A DNA stretch of 64,000 nt from a bacterium. GTDB lineage: Bacteria > Patescibacteriota > Minisyncoccia > Phycocordibacterales > Phycocordibacteraceae. Shown piece after piece: positions 1 to 9,500 of the stretch. Position 1 is the first letter of the stretch, and each line of letters starts with the position of its first letter. The stretch lies in NCBI GenBank assembly GCA_023267755.1, contig JAHFMR010000003.1, forward strand, positions 7,315-71,314, given 5' to 3'. Both the position numbers and the translations under genes were made by a program. The notes below the pieces were generated by a model. That model ran no database searches, was not told the origin of the DNA, and saw only the letters and a program-made list of their open reading frames with translations.

Positions 1-1
1 A

Positions 2-640
2 CTCCCGCCAACTCGCATCACTTTCATCGAGGGAGTGACGGTGCGCGAGGCGGCGGAGCAAGTCGCAACCGCGCTTCCGGGCGTGTCCGCTATAGATTTT
101 ATGAAAGAAGCATTACCGTATGAGGGGTACCTCTTCCCCGACACCTATTTCTTCACCCCCTCAGCGACTGCCGCGTCGATTGTGGCGACGATGCGTGCGA
201 ACTTCACCGCCAAGATTGATCCCTTTATGGATGATATTGCCGTATCGAAACACTCGCTCTCTGATATCGTGATTGTGGCATCGCTCGTCGAGAAGGAGGC
301 GCGCACGAACGTAAATCGCCGCATTGTCGCAGGCATCCTCTGGAACCGTCTCGCGCTCGGGATGCCGCTCCAAGTCGACGCGGTCTTTGGCTATATCTTC
401 AATCGCGATACCTACTCGCCCTCCGCCGCCGATCTACGAGTCGACTCGCCTTACAACACTTACACGCACATCGGTCTCCCGCCCACATCCATTGACAATC
501 CGGGAGTAGACGCGCTCGACGCGGCGATACACCCGACCAAGACCAACTATCTCTACTACCTCACCGGCAAGGACGACCAGATGCACTACGCCACCACCTA
601 TGCCGGACACCAGTTCAACCAGCGCAAGTATTTGCCGTAA
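2..640 (+). CDS. mltG: Endolytic murein transglycosylase MltG/YceG, C-terminal part (5' end lies upstream of the window)
   Basis: Open frame from the window edge with no upstream stop; YceG-like sequence (TFIEGVTVREAAEQ..., conserved C-terminal region); the ORF track start at 35 is an internal GTG. Confidence 0.75.
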   Translation, partial: LPPTRITFIEGVTVREAAEQVATALPGVSAIDFMKEALPYEGYLFPDTYFFTPSATAASIVATMRANFTAKIDPFMDDIAVSKHSLSDIVIVASLVEKEARTNVNRRIVAGILWNRLALGMPLQVDAVFGYIFNRDTYSPSAADLRVDSPYNTYTHIGLPPTSIDNPGVDALDAAIHPTKTNYLYYLTGKDDQMHYATTYAGHQFNQRKYLP

Positions 641-694
641 CTTGTGCCTCATTTTCATCCAGTATTTAAGCCATTAAATTGATACCTGTACATA

Positions 695-723
695 TTGACA
701 TCAGCAATATGAAGTGTTATCAT
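695..723 (+). promoter_or_regulatory. sigma70-like promoter, TTGACA-17-TATCAT
   Basis: Exact -35 hexamer TTGACA at 695-700, 17-nt spacer, TATCAT at 718-723, upstream of the 808 ORF. Confidence 0.4.
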
Positions 724-807
724 CGCTCCTAGCCTTACTTTTATCGGTAAGCCCGTACCGCAAGGGTTATTGTGGTTGTTGTTTGAAATGAAAGGAAGGG
801 AATCAAA

Positions 808-1062
808 ATGATCAAGCTTCTGCAGTGGCTCTTCGAGGGAGGATTGCTCATCCTCCTCATCATCTTGGTCTATTCGCAAATTGTCTTGCCGCTCGTGAAG
901 AATACACCGGTCTTTCCGATGTTTCGTCGTCGGCCGGATATCAAGCACGAAATCGAGCAGACCAATGAGGCGCTGGAAGAAAATGAGCTTCAGCGCACCC
1001 TGGCAGCAAAGAAGAAGCGGCTCCAGCGATCCGCTTCGCAAACCGCAACACCATCCAAATAA
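808..1062 (+). CDS. Small hydrophobic membrane protein, hypothetical
   Basis: RBS AAAGGAAGGG upstream; N-terminal transmembrane helix; ends right before the SPFH gene RBS. Confidence 0.5.
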   Translation: MIKLLQWLFEGGLLILLIILVYSQIVLPLVKNTPVFPMFRRRPDIKHEIEQTNEALEENELQRTLAAKKKRLQRSASQTATPSK

Positions 1063-1071
1063 GGAGACGGA

Positions 1072-2440
1072 AATGCTACGTGATCGTGAAGAAATGATGA
1101 GCACCATCAAGGGCTTTCTTCCTTCGGGAGGGAAACTCATGTGGATTTTTGTGGCCGTAGCGGTCATAATCTTCGGCCGCATGGTCAGTGGGGTCGTGGC
1201 AACGAAAGAAGCCGATGACATCCTTGGCATCCAGTCGATCTGGGATGGAAATATCACATGGTACAAGGGCACCGAAACTTGGGCCTGGCAAAACTGGGGG
1301 AATATCGTGGTGTTCAAGAAGCGGGCGATCTATAGCTTCGACACTCCCGACATGAGTCCAGAAGGCCAGAAGAAGGGCAAGTGCACCAATGGTATCGAAG
1401 TCCGCTTCAATGACGGCGGCCACGGTACCATTTGCGGCTCTGTCCAATTCGAAATGCCTTTGGACGATGATCACTTGACGTCCATCTTCACCAAGTTCAA
1501 GAGCCAGGCGGCCGTGCAAAGTGCCCTGATCGAGACAGTGACCGGGAAATCGGTTTACCTCTCTGGCCCGATGATGTCGTCGCGGGAATCGTATGCAGAA
1601 AAACGCAACGACCTCCTGTACTACATCGAAGACCAGATCCAAAACGGCGTCTACAAAACGCATCAGCGCGAGATGCATGTCAAGGACTCGATCACAGGGA
1701 CGGAAAAGACGGCGACCGTTGTGGAACTTGTTCTCAAGGACGGAAGACCAGAACGGCAGGAGCAGTCCGTGCTCACGCAGTTCGGCATCAAGGCATTCAA
1801 CTTTGCCATCAAGCGTCTGCCGTACGACGACAAGGTCGAAGAGCAAATCCGTGCCCAGCAGGAACTCGCGATGGCGGTACAAACGTCGATCTCAACCGCG
1901 AGAAAGGCCGAGCAGGATACACTCACCACCGTTGAGAAGGGTAAGCAGTCCGCCGCCGATGCCAAATGGAAGCAGGAGGCACTTAAGGCGACCGCAGTAA
2001 CATTGGCCGAGCAAGAAAAGGCGGTTGCAATTACCGGTGCCGAGAAAGATCGCGATACTGCCAAGCTTCAACGGGACGCTGCCGAATATTACAAGCAGCA
2101 ACAAATCCTGAAGGGTGAAGGCGATGCCGCGTATCGGCAGAAGGTGATGCAGGCCAACGGCGCACTGGAACAGAAGCTCACAACCTATGAAAAGGTCATG
2201 GGCAAGTTCGCCGAAGAGTTCGGCAAGCAGAAATGGGTACCTGAAGTCATGATGGGCGGTTCCGGAAGTTCCGGGGGTAATGCCGCCCAAACGATGATGG
2301 AGACCCTTTCCGTCGGCACGTTGAAAGCACTTGCTCTCGACATGAAGATGGAATCCCGCCGTAACGCTGCGGCAGCGCCAGAAGAAGCCCCGGCCACACC
2401 GGCAAAGGCTCCTCCGGCCAAGCCGACGGTCAAGAAGTAG
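1072..2440 (+). CDS. SPFH/band-7 (flotillin/HflKC-like) membrane protein with C-terminal coiled-coil
   Basis: AAGGAG RBS 7 nt upstream of ATG 1072; N-terminal TM, SPFH-like core (GIKAFNFAIKRLPYDDKVEEQIRAQQ), long A/K/E/Q-rich coiled coil; ORF-track start 965 overlaps the previous gene. Confidence 0.65.
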
Positions 2441-2462
2441 TTTTCCTCGTTCTTTATCGCGA

Positions 2463-2501
2463 CCTCGCCGCATGGGCAACCATGTGGCGAGTTTTCTTTT
2501 T
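2463..2501 (+). terminator. Rho-independent terminator
   Basis: ctcgccgcatg / catgtggcgag stem followed by a TTTTCTTTTT run. Confidence 0.5.
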
Positions 2502-2526
2502 ATACTTAGCGTGATTAGATGATGCA

Positions 2527-3450
2527 ATGAATGATGTTCGGGAAAAGAAGATATTTGTAGGATTGTCGGGGGGCGTCGACTCTGCTGTGTCAGCGGCGCT
2601 GCTGCAGAGGGCTGGAGCCAAGGTGATCGGCGTGTTTATCAAGGGGTGGTACCCACCGGGGATGCCCTGCACGTGGGCCAGTGAGCGGCGCGATGCGATG
2701 CGTGTGGCCGCGCGATTGCATATTCCGTTTCAGACGCTCGACGCGAGCGCCGAGTATAAGAAAAGCGTTATCGACTATCTCGTGAGCGAGTACCGCGCAG
2801 GGCGCACGCCGAATCCGGACGTGATGTGTAATCGGGAAGTGAAGTTCGGTGCGTTCTATCGTTACGCGATGGAGGCTGGCGCTGACGCGATAGCGACCGG
2901 ACACTATCGCGCTGGAGAAAAGGATCAGAGCTACTTCCTCTGGGCAGTGCCCAAGGCGGTCCTCGACGCGACACTCTTTCCGGTAGGGGAGATGGATAAG
3001 AGTGCGGTGCGCGCACTCGCCAAGAAATTCAATCTGCCAGTGGCAGAAAAGCGTGATAGTCAGGGTGTCTGTTTCCTCGGTAGTGTCTCGGTGAGAGAAT
3101 TCTTAGAGCAAGAGTTCGGGAGTGATAATCCCGCCATCCTTTACACCATAGGCCAGCGAGTTGAGGGCGGCTATGTGGTGAGCAAAGATGTCGAGCAGAA
3201 GACAATCGCGGTGGCGAAGACACGTCCGCCGGGCGCGTGCGAAGTTATGTTCACCGATTCTAATTGGTTTAGTGATGCGTCACACACAACTGAAGCACAG
3301 TACCGCTATCGCGGACCGCGTGTGTCGGGGCGTGTTGAGAATAGTCGATTCATCGCTGATACGGCGCTTCCCGAAGTGCCTGCACCTGGACAATCAATTG
3401 TTTTTTACGATAAAGAAATACTTATTGGGGGTGGTATTATTGCGATATGA
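2527..3450 (+). CDS. mnmA: tRNA-specific 2-thiouridylase MnmA
   Basis: PP-loop SGGVDS, MnmA-typical Cys residues, length 307 aa. Confidence 0.9.
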   Translation: MNDVREKKIFVGLSGGVDSAVSAALLQRAGAKVIGVFIKGWYPPGMPCTWASERRDAMRVAARLHIPFQTLDASAEYKKSVIDYLVSEYRAGRTPNPDVMCNREVKFGAFYRYAMEAGADAIATGHYRAGEKDQSYFLWAVPKAVLDATLFPVGEMDKSAVRALAKKFNLPVAEKRDSQGVCFLGSVSVREFLEQEFGSDNPAILYTIGQRVEGGYVVSKDVEQKTIAVAKTRPPGACEVMFTDSNWFSDASHTTEAQYRYRGPRVSGRVENSRFIADTALPEVPAPGQSIVFYDKEILIGGGIIAI

Positions 3451-3848
3451 ATCAAAGACGTTTGCCAATCGCCGCTGCGATTATTGGGTGTGTCATCATT
3501 ATCGGCTTTGTACTCTCGGTACCGCACACGCGTGATCTCCCGCGGCCGGTTGAGTCTGAAAAGGTGGTGGCTGTTATTCCTGTTGTCTCGCTCCATGACG
3601 GTTACAAAAAAGGCGTGCACACTATCACCGGCAACGTTACTGCTCCGAATGCGTGCGCCCAAGTGGCTGCGCACGCAAGCCTCTCTTCGAGCACACCGGG
3701 CATCGTGGTCGCAGTCACATTCGTGATTGACGACAATGTATGTCTTCAATTGCCTACACGAAGCACCTTCTCGACAACACTCGCAGCGCCCGCTGGGTTG
3801 CCGCTCTCGGCAACGGTAAATGGCGTCGACGCAACGATTGGTTCATGA
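3447..3848 (+). CDS. Membrane-anchored hypothetical protein
   Basis: ATGA start/stop overlap with mnmA; N-terminal TM; its stop overlaps the next start as ATGA too. Confidence 0.5.
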   Translation: MNQRRLPIAAAIIGCVIIIGFVLSVPHTRDLPRPVESEKVVAVIPVVSLHDGYKKGVHTITGNVTAPNACAQVAAHASLSSSTPGIVVAVTFVIDDNVCLQLPTRSTFSTTLAAPAGLPLSATVNGVDATIGS

Positions 3849-4687
3849 CTTCACTACCGACTATCATCAAGGCAGACGGCTCGCGAGAAGTCTTCGACCC
3901 TGCACGTCTCGTCGCCTCGCTCGAGCGCTCTGGTGCAGGCGAACACACTGCCGAGCGCATCACGCGTATGGTCACCGAGACAGTAATCGAGGGTGCTTCT
4001 TCTAAAGAGGTTTACACCCGCGCCTTCTCGCTTCTACGCAAAGAGACACGTCCGGTTGCCGCGCGCTACGCGCTCCGTCGTGCGCTCCTCGAGCTCGGTC
4101 CTACCGGTCACCCATTTGAAGATTTTATCGCACATCTCTTCAGTAAAGAGGGGTGGCAGGTTGAAGCGCGCAAGATACTCAAAGGGAAGTGCGTCTCTCA
4201 CGAAGTCGACGTGTATGCCTCACATCCCGAACAGAACATCTTCCTCGCCGCCGAACTGAAATATCACAACGACCCGGGCTATAAGACCGACCTCAAGGTC
4301 GCACTTTATGTAAAGAGTCGTTTCGATGACATCTTCTCCTGTGACCCTACCACGCGCGAGTGTCCGATCGATCGTGGTCTCCTTGTGACCAATACTAAGT
4401 TCACCTCCGAAGCTATCGCCTACGCCGAATGTGCGGGCGTCGAACTGCTTGGCTGGGGGTACCCAGTAAGCGAGAGTCTCGCTACGCGTATGAGCCGCGC
4501 TCGCGTCTATCCGATTACCGCGCTCACCAGTCTTTCTTCCTCCGAGAAACGGCTCCTTATCGAGCATGAAGTGATTGCGGTCGATGAGATTATCGCCAAT
4601 CGGCGCTTGCTCGACATCCTCCATCTCCCGCCAGAGCGGGTAGGTGAGCTCCTCGCCGAGGCCGATGGCCTCCTCTCGCTCTCTTAA
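3845..4687 (+). CDS. ATP-cone domain fused to Mrr-like (Mrr_cat) restriction endonuclease domain
   Basis: N-terminus IIKADGSREVFDPARLVASLERSGAGEHTAERI resembles an ATP-cone; C-terminus HPFEDFIAHLFSKEGW...VDVYA...ELKYHN...LLVTNTKFTSEAIAYAE resembles the Mrr catalytic core; start 3845 chosen by ATGA coupling, as the ORF-track start 3740 overlaps the upstream gene. Confidence 0.6.
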   Translation: MTSLPTIIKADGSREVFDPARLVASLERSGAGEHTAERITRMVTETVIEGASSKEVYTRAFSLLRKETRPVAARYALRRALLELGPTGHPFEDFIAHLFSKEGWQVEARKILKGKCVSHEVDVYASHPEQNIFLAAELKYHNDPGYKTDLKVALYVKSRFDDIFSCDPTTRECPIDRGLLVTNTKFTSEAIAYAECAGVELLGWGYPVSESLATRMSRARVYPITALTSLSSSEKRLLIEHEVIAVDEIIANRRLLDILHLPPERVGELLAEADGLLSLS

Positions 4688-5949
4688 TTCGCGCGGAGCC
4701 GCATAAGTTCTTCGTGAGCGACTCCTGCGTCACTCCAGGGGATGCGCTCGCCCTTGGCCGCCATAATATAAGGCCCAGCACCTTTGCCGGTGATGAAGAC
4801 GACCGAACCTTTTTTTGCCAGCTGAAACGCTTTGCGCATAGCGAGACGGCGATCGAGGATGAACTCGTGTGAGTGAGTCGTAATTCCGCTCGCAACATCA
4901 GTGGCGATATCCTCCGGATTTTCGTCATACGGATCTTCAGTGGTGAGGATGATATAGTCGCAGTGCTTGTCGGCCACCTCGCCCATCACCTTGCGCTTGG
5001 CAACGTCGCGCCCGCCGCCCGTCCCGCCCAAGATGCCGATAATTGGTATGCCCGCATACACGCCATAGGCTCTATCGAGCGAGTCGGCCGTGTGCGCATA
5101 GTCGACGATGACGGTGAAATCTTGTCCCGCTTCTATCTTCTCCATTCGGCCCGGCACCAGAGCGAACTTTTCGAGCGCACTTTTTATTACTTCGACAGGT
5201 ATGCCGCGACTGTAGGCGAAGGTGGCAGCCGCAAGTGCGTTCATAATATTGAATTCTCCCGGGAGCTTCAGGCGGATCTCGGTACCGTGGAAGGTTAGCG
5301 TGCCGCCCTCGGTACTGGTGGAATAAGGGCGAACCTCGCTAAGCGAGTAAGGGATCTTGGTCCCGACACGCACCGCGAGGAACTTATCTGCTTGTGCATC
5401 ATCTCGGTTTGCAATGATAGTGTGTGTATCTGCCGCGCCGCACTCAAGCGCGCGAGCGAGACTCACTTTGGCGTCGACATAATTCTCATACGAGCCGTGA
5501 GACTCGATGTGTTCCGGCGATACGTTGGTGAAGATGAGCGCGTCGAGATCGATGAACTTGTGGCGGAACTGTTTCGCCCCTTCAGACGTCATCTCGATGA
5601 CTGCGTATGTACAGCTCGCATCTACTGCCCGGCGTAAGAAGCGCTGGAGCAGGGTGCGGCCGAGCATACTGCGCTTGGTGAGGTTCTTCTCGCTCGAGCC
5701 GAGGAGTTTGAGGTGATTTGTGTTGGCGAGCGCGACACGATTGCCTGCCTCCTCAAGGATGGCCGCTACGAGCTCGGTGGTAGAGGTCTTACCTTTGGTC
5801 CCCGTGACGCCGACGACGTAGAGGGAGCGAGAGGGGAAGCCGAAGCGGAGAGCGCCGATACCTGCGAGCAGGTAATGATAGGCCGGCTGGAGCGCGGTAA
5901 AAAGCGCCTTCGGAATGAGTTTCTTGGCTGTGCGGAGGAGTTTTTCCAT
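4684..5949 (-). CDS. murE: Mur ligase family protein, MurE-like (short N-terminus)
   Basis: P-loop GVTGTKGKTST, Mur ligase middle and C domains, TEDPYDENP motif similar to MurE DNPR. Confidence 0.7.
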   Translation of the reverse strand: MEKLLRTAKKLIPKALFTALQPAYHYLLAGIGALRFGFPSRSLYVVGVTGTKGKTSTTELVAAILEEAGNRVALANTNHLKLLGSSEKNLTKRSMLGRTLLQRFLRRAVDASCTYAVIEMTSEGAKQFRHKFIDLDALIFTNVSPEHIESHGSYENYVDAKVSLARALECGAADTHTIIANRDDAQADKFLAVRVGTKIPYSLSEVRPYSTSTEGGTLTFHGTEIRLKLPGEFNIMNALAAATFAYSRGIPVEVIKSALEKFALVPGRMEKIEAGQDFTVIVDYAHTADSLDRAYGVYAGIPIIGILGGTGGGRDVAKRKVMGEVADKHCDYIILTTEDPYDENPEDIATDVASGITTHSHEFILDRRLAMRKAFQLAKKGSVVFITGKGAGPYIMAAKGERIPWSDAGVAHEELMRLRAN

Positions 5950-5969
5950 GCGTGTTATAGTAGTTTATC

Positions 5970-7829
5970 ATGTGTGGCATCGCTGGCATTATCCACCCCT
6001 CCGGGGAGCCGCAGAAGGCTCTCGAGACAATGCTGGATCGCATTATCCACCGCGGACCCGACGACTCGGGGACGTTTGTCGATACAGAGGTCGCGCTCGG
6101 GATGCGTCGATTGAGTATCATCGACGTCGCAGGCGGGAAGCAGCCCATCTCGTCAAAGGACGGTTCACTCATCATCGTCTTTAACGGTGAGATCTACAAT
6201 TTTAAAGAATTGCGTGAGGGACTCGTCGCGCGCGGACACACCTTCAAGACGCACACCGACACCGAAGTCATCCTGCATCTCTACGAGGAACGCGGCGAGG
6301 AAGTGGTGAAGGATCTCCGCGGGATGTTTACCTTCTTTATCTACGATATGAAGAAGGGAAGAGTGATGGCGGCGCGCGACCCCTTCGGTATCAAGCCACT
6401 CTACTACCTGCTTCGCGGCAACAGCATCGTCGGGCTCGCTTCTGAGAGTAAAAGCCTGCTCACTCTTCCTGAATATACCAAAGAGATTAACGAAGAGGCG
6501 ATTTATCAGTACCTCTCCTTCCAATACAACCCGCTGCGCGAGACCTTCTTCCGCAATATCTATCGTATGCCGCCGGCCACGTACTTCCTTATCGACGCGA
6601 AGACTGGCGCATACACTGAGACAACCTATTGGGATATGACCTTTGATGCCGACGACACAATGCAGGAAGCATCTGCAACCAAGAAGCTGGCAACTATCCT
6701 TGAGGATTCGGTTAAGCACCATCTCGAGAGCGATGTGCCGCTCGGTGCCTTCCTCTCCGGCGGCGTCGACAGCGCGCTCATCGTGGGTGCTATCCGCAAG
6801 GTGCATCCAGAGGGAGTGCTTAAGACCTTTACGATTGGGTCGAAAGAGATTAATGAGTTCGCCGAGGCACGCGAGCAGTCCGACGCGCTCCGTACGACGC
6901 ACACCGAGATCCTCCTCGACCCCGACGAATACTTCGCCACGCTCCCGCGCATCGCATGGCACTTTGACGAGCCGGTGGCTGATCCTTCAGCTATCGCGCT
7001 CTACTTCCTCGCACGCGAAGCGGGGAAGCATGTGAAGGTCGTTCTCTCTGGCGAGGGCTCCGACGAGCTTTTTGGCGGCTACGGTATCTATCGTGAGCCT
7101 TACTCCTTTGCCACGTTTGAACGCTTCGTGCCCGCTTTTCTCCGTAAGCCGCTTCTGCTCCTTGCGGGCATCCCGCTTGCTCTGCCGGGGTTAAACTTCC
7201 TCCGTCGCTATCAGAAGCCGCTTGCAGAGCGCTATATCGGTAACGCGTACATCTTCTCTCCAGCTGAGGCGCGCCGCCTCTGGAAGGGGACGCCGTATGA
7301 ACGATTCAGTCTCGCGGCACTCTACGAGAAGGCGCGTCGCTGGTCAGACGCCACGAAAATGCAATACATCGATATCCATATGTGGCTCGTGGGAGATATT
7401 CTCGCGAAGGCAGATAAGATGAGTATGGCGCACTCGCTTGAAGTCCGCGTGCCGTTCCTCGACCGTGAGGTCGCCGCCTTTGCCGGCACGATCCCTGATC
7501 GTCTTAAATACAAGAGCGGCTCTGTGCAGGAAGCGAAGTATCTCCTGCGCAAGGCGTCTAAGGAGTTCGTCCCGCCTACCACACAGAAGCGCAAGAAGCT
7601 CGGATTCCCAGTCCCACTGGCCCAGTGGCTGCGCGCACGCACCGACTGGCAGGAGCGCATCACGACACACCCGTTTATCACCGAGCGTTTTAATGTCGAC
7701 ATTATCAAACAGCTCGCCGCCGACCATGTCGCTGGCCGAGCAAACAATGCACGCAAGCTCTTCATATTTCTAATGCTCGCGGCCTGGCACGACGCGTTCT
7801 TCAAGGAAGATTATTCGAGAATTACCTAA
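5970..7829 (+). CDS. asnB: Asparagine synthase (glutamine-hydrolysing)
   Basis: N-terminal MCGIAG Ntn nucleophile, SGGVDS PP-loop, 619 aa. Confidence 0.9.
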   Translation: MCGIAGIIHPSGEPQKALETMLDRIIHRGPDDSGTFVDTEVALGMRRLSIIDVAGGKQPISSKDGSLIIVFNGEIYNFKELREGLVARGHTFKTHTDTEVILHLYEERGEEVVKDLRGMFTFFIYDMKKGRVMAARDPFGIKPLYYLLRGNSIVGLASESKSLLTLPEYTKEINEEAIYQYLSFQYNPLRETFFRNIYRMPPATYFLIDAKTGAYTETTYWDMTFDADDTMQEASATKKLATILEDSVKHHLESDVPLGAFLSGGVDSALIVGAIRKVHPEGVLKTFTIGSKEINEFAEAREQSDALRTTHTEILLDPDEYFATLPRIAWHFDEPVADPSAIALYFLAREAGKHVKVVLSGEGSDELFGGYGIYREPYSFATFERFVPAFLRKPLLLLAGIPLALPGLNFLRRYQKPLAERYIGNAYIFSPAEARRLWKGTPYERFSLAALYEKARRWSDATKMQYIDIHMWLVGDILAKADKMSMAHSLEVRVPFLDREVAAFAGTIPDRLKYKSGSVQEAKYLLRKASKEFVPPTTQKRKKLGFPVPLAQWLRARTDWQERITTHPFITERFNVDIIKQLAADHVAGRANNARKLFIFLMLAAWHDAFFKEDYSRIT

Positions 7830-7833
7830 TACT

Positions 7834-8625
7834 ATGACAGCAGGATTCAAACGGCAGAGCAGTCTCTTCAATCCGGCGTCGTCGGAACCCTTCAAGGTAA
7901 GCCGGTCGAAGATTGATCTCTTTATGGAGTGTCAGCGCTGCGCGTATCTCGATATGCGGCTCGGCGTGAAGCGCCCCTCGATGCCTTCTTTCACCCTCAA
8001 CAACGCGGTCGACGAGCTCCTGAAGCGTGAGTTCGATATCCATCGGGTACAGGGCACCAAGCATCCGCTGGTAGAGAAGTATGGACTCGATGCTGTCCCC
8101 TTTAACGACCCCAGGATGGAGGAGTGGCGCGACGCGCTCCGACGCGGCATCGCGTATCTCCACGAACCGACCAATATCCTGGTGCGCGGCGGTATCGACG
8201 ATGTGTGGGTCACGCCCACAGGCGAGCTGATTATTGTGGACTATAAGGCCACGAGTAAGAAGATTGGCCCCTCTACCGAGGACGATCTCTACGACTCCTA
8301 CAAACGCCAGCTCGAGATCTATCAGTGGCTCTTCCGCCGGAACGGCTTTACCGTCTCGCCGACGGTCTACTTCGTGTATGTAAACGGCAAGGCCGATGCC
8401 AAAGCCTTTGATGGCAAGCTTGAGTTCGATGTGGAGCTTATCCCGTATACCGGCAACGATCTCTGGGTCGAGCCAGCCGTATATGACCTTAAGAAGACGC
8501 TCGCGGGTGAGGAGATTCCGCCAATCGGTACCTCCTTTGGCGGCGGCCCGTGCGAGCACTGCACCTATCGAGAGGCAGCGGGCAAGAAACTGCAAGAGCT
8601 TCATCGTAACAATGCCAAGAAGTAA
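7834..8625 (+). CDS. PD-(D/E)XK nuclease, Cas4/RecB-like with Fe-S cysteine cluster
   Basis: Motifs GGIDDV, IVDYKAT, QLEIYQW; N-terminal Cys plus C-terminal CEHC cysteines. Confidence 0.7.
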   Translation: MTAGFKRQSSLFNPASSEPFKVSRSKIDLFMECQRCAYLDMRLGVKRPSMPSFTLNNAVDELLKREFDIHRVQGTKHPLVEKYGLDAVPFNDPRMEEWRDALRRGIAYLHEPTNILVRGGIDDVWVTPTGELIIVDYKATSKKIGPSTEDDLYDSYKRQLEIYQWLFRRNGFTVSPTVYFVYVNGKADAKAFDGKLEFDVELIPYTGNDLWVEPAVYDLKKTLAGEEIPPIGTSFGGGPCEHCTYREAAGKKLQELHRNNAKK

Positions 8626-8884
8626 CTTCGCCGAGCGCGTGCGCGACGCGGTGCGCCAGATATCGCACGGGGAGACGCGCAGCTATGGTGAAGTCGCCCA
8701 TGCCGCCGGCTACCCGGGTGCTGCGCGCGCGGTGGGCACGGTGATGAAGAATAATTATGACCCAAGCGTGCCGTGCCACCGCGTCATCTGTGCCGACGGC
8801 TCGCTCGGCGACTACAACCGTGGCGGGACTGCAAAAAAGTGTGCTGTCTTGAAATCAGAGAGTGCGATTGACTCAACCATATAA
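8612..8884 (+). CDS. Methylated-DNA-protein-cysteine methyltransferase DNA-binding (C-terminal) domain protein
   Basis: Active-site PCHRVI motif and HTH region (SYGEVA); 90 aa; the start overlaps the nuclease 3' end. Confidence 0.75.
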   Translation: MPRSNFAERVRDAVRQISHGETRSYGEVAHAAGYPGAARAVGTVMKNNYDPSVPCHRVICADGSLGDYNRGGTAKKCAVLKSESAIDSTI

Positions 8885-8927
8885 GAGATGTACAGTATAC
8901 AGACCCGTCTCAATCCTGAGGTGGGAA

Positions 8928-9401
8928 ATGAAAGATGTCTTAGACATCAAGGAGATTGAAATGCACGAATGTCCGACTATCAGCATCAAAGCAGGGGCCG
9001 TCACAAGCACCGTTAGCGGGAAATTGTCCCCGGTGCCCATCAAGGCAACGCCTGCGCAACTGGCATTCTTCGCTTCAGGTTGCGGTATGGTCATCGATCG
9101 TCTTGGCGAGGTCCGTCAATTTGTCGACGTGATGAAAATCAGGTACATTTTTGTGCCAGGCGAAAGATTTGGCCCCGAAGCAAAGTGTTTTTTCGTCGCT
9201 TCCGCAATCATCAACAACGGCGTGGACAAAAGTGAGGCCAGTCCGGTACGAATTGATGTCGAAGGAGATGCTCTTCAAGGAACTGTTGAGGAATTCGCTC
9301 AACAACTCTACGACACGATTGTTGCCGGCATGAAAAGCTGGATAACGGATGCTCATGCCAATATGCGTTATTGGGAAGACACGCTAGAACCGCTAGCGTA
9401 A
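8928..9401 (+). CDS. Hypothetical protein (lower-GC orphan)
   Basis: RBS GAGGTGGG before ATG 8928; about 50% GC against about 60% background; followed by a strong terminator. Confidence 0.45.
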   Translation: MKDVLDIKEIEMHECPTISIKAGAVTSTVSGKLSPVPIKATPAQLAFFASGCGMVIDRLGEVRQFVDVMKIRYIFVPGERFGPEAKCFFVASAIINNGVDKSEASPVRIDVEGDALQGTVEEFAQQLYDTIVAGMKSWITDAHANMRYWEDTLEPLA

Positions 9402-9418
9402 TCTCCTCCCTTCAACTC

Positions 9419-9448
9419 GACCGCCCTGCTTTGTCAGGGCGGTTTTTG
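9419..9448 (+). terminator. Rho-independent terminator
   Basis: ccgccctg / cagggcgg stem followed by TTTTT. Confidence 0.6.
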
Positions 9449-9500
9449 CAATTCTGAGTACTTCTTCGAACAATTTTCTGCCGTAGCTTATACTGCTTTG

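Noticed and set aside
965-1071. Upstream extension of the SPFH gene to ATG 965
   Set aside because: It overlaps the preceding small gene. An AAGGAG RBS precedes ATG 1072, and the N-terminal extension is Arg/Ser-rich junk.
655-1317. 220-aa minus-strand ORF
   Set aside because: It overlaps a plus-strand promoter, the small membrane gene and the SPFH start. There is no support for it.
1076-1882. 268-aa minus-strand ORF
   Set aside because: Antisense to the SPFH-domain gene. Spurious.
6165-6962. 265-aa minus-strand ORF inside asnB
   Set aside because: Antisense to asparagine synthase. Spurious.
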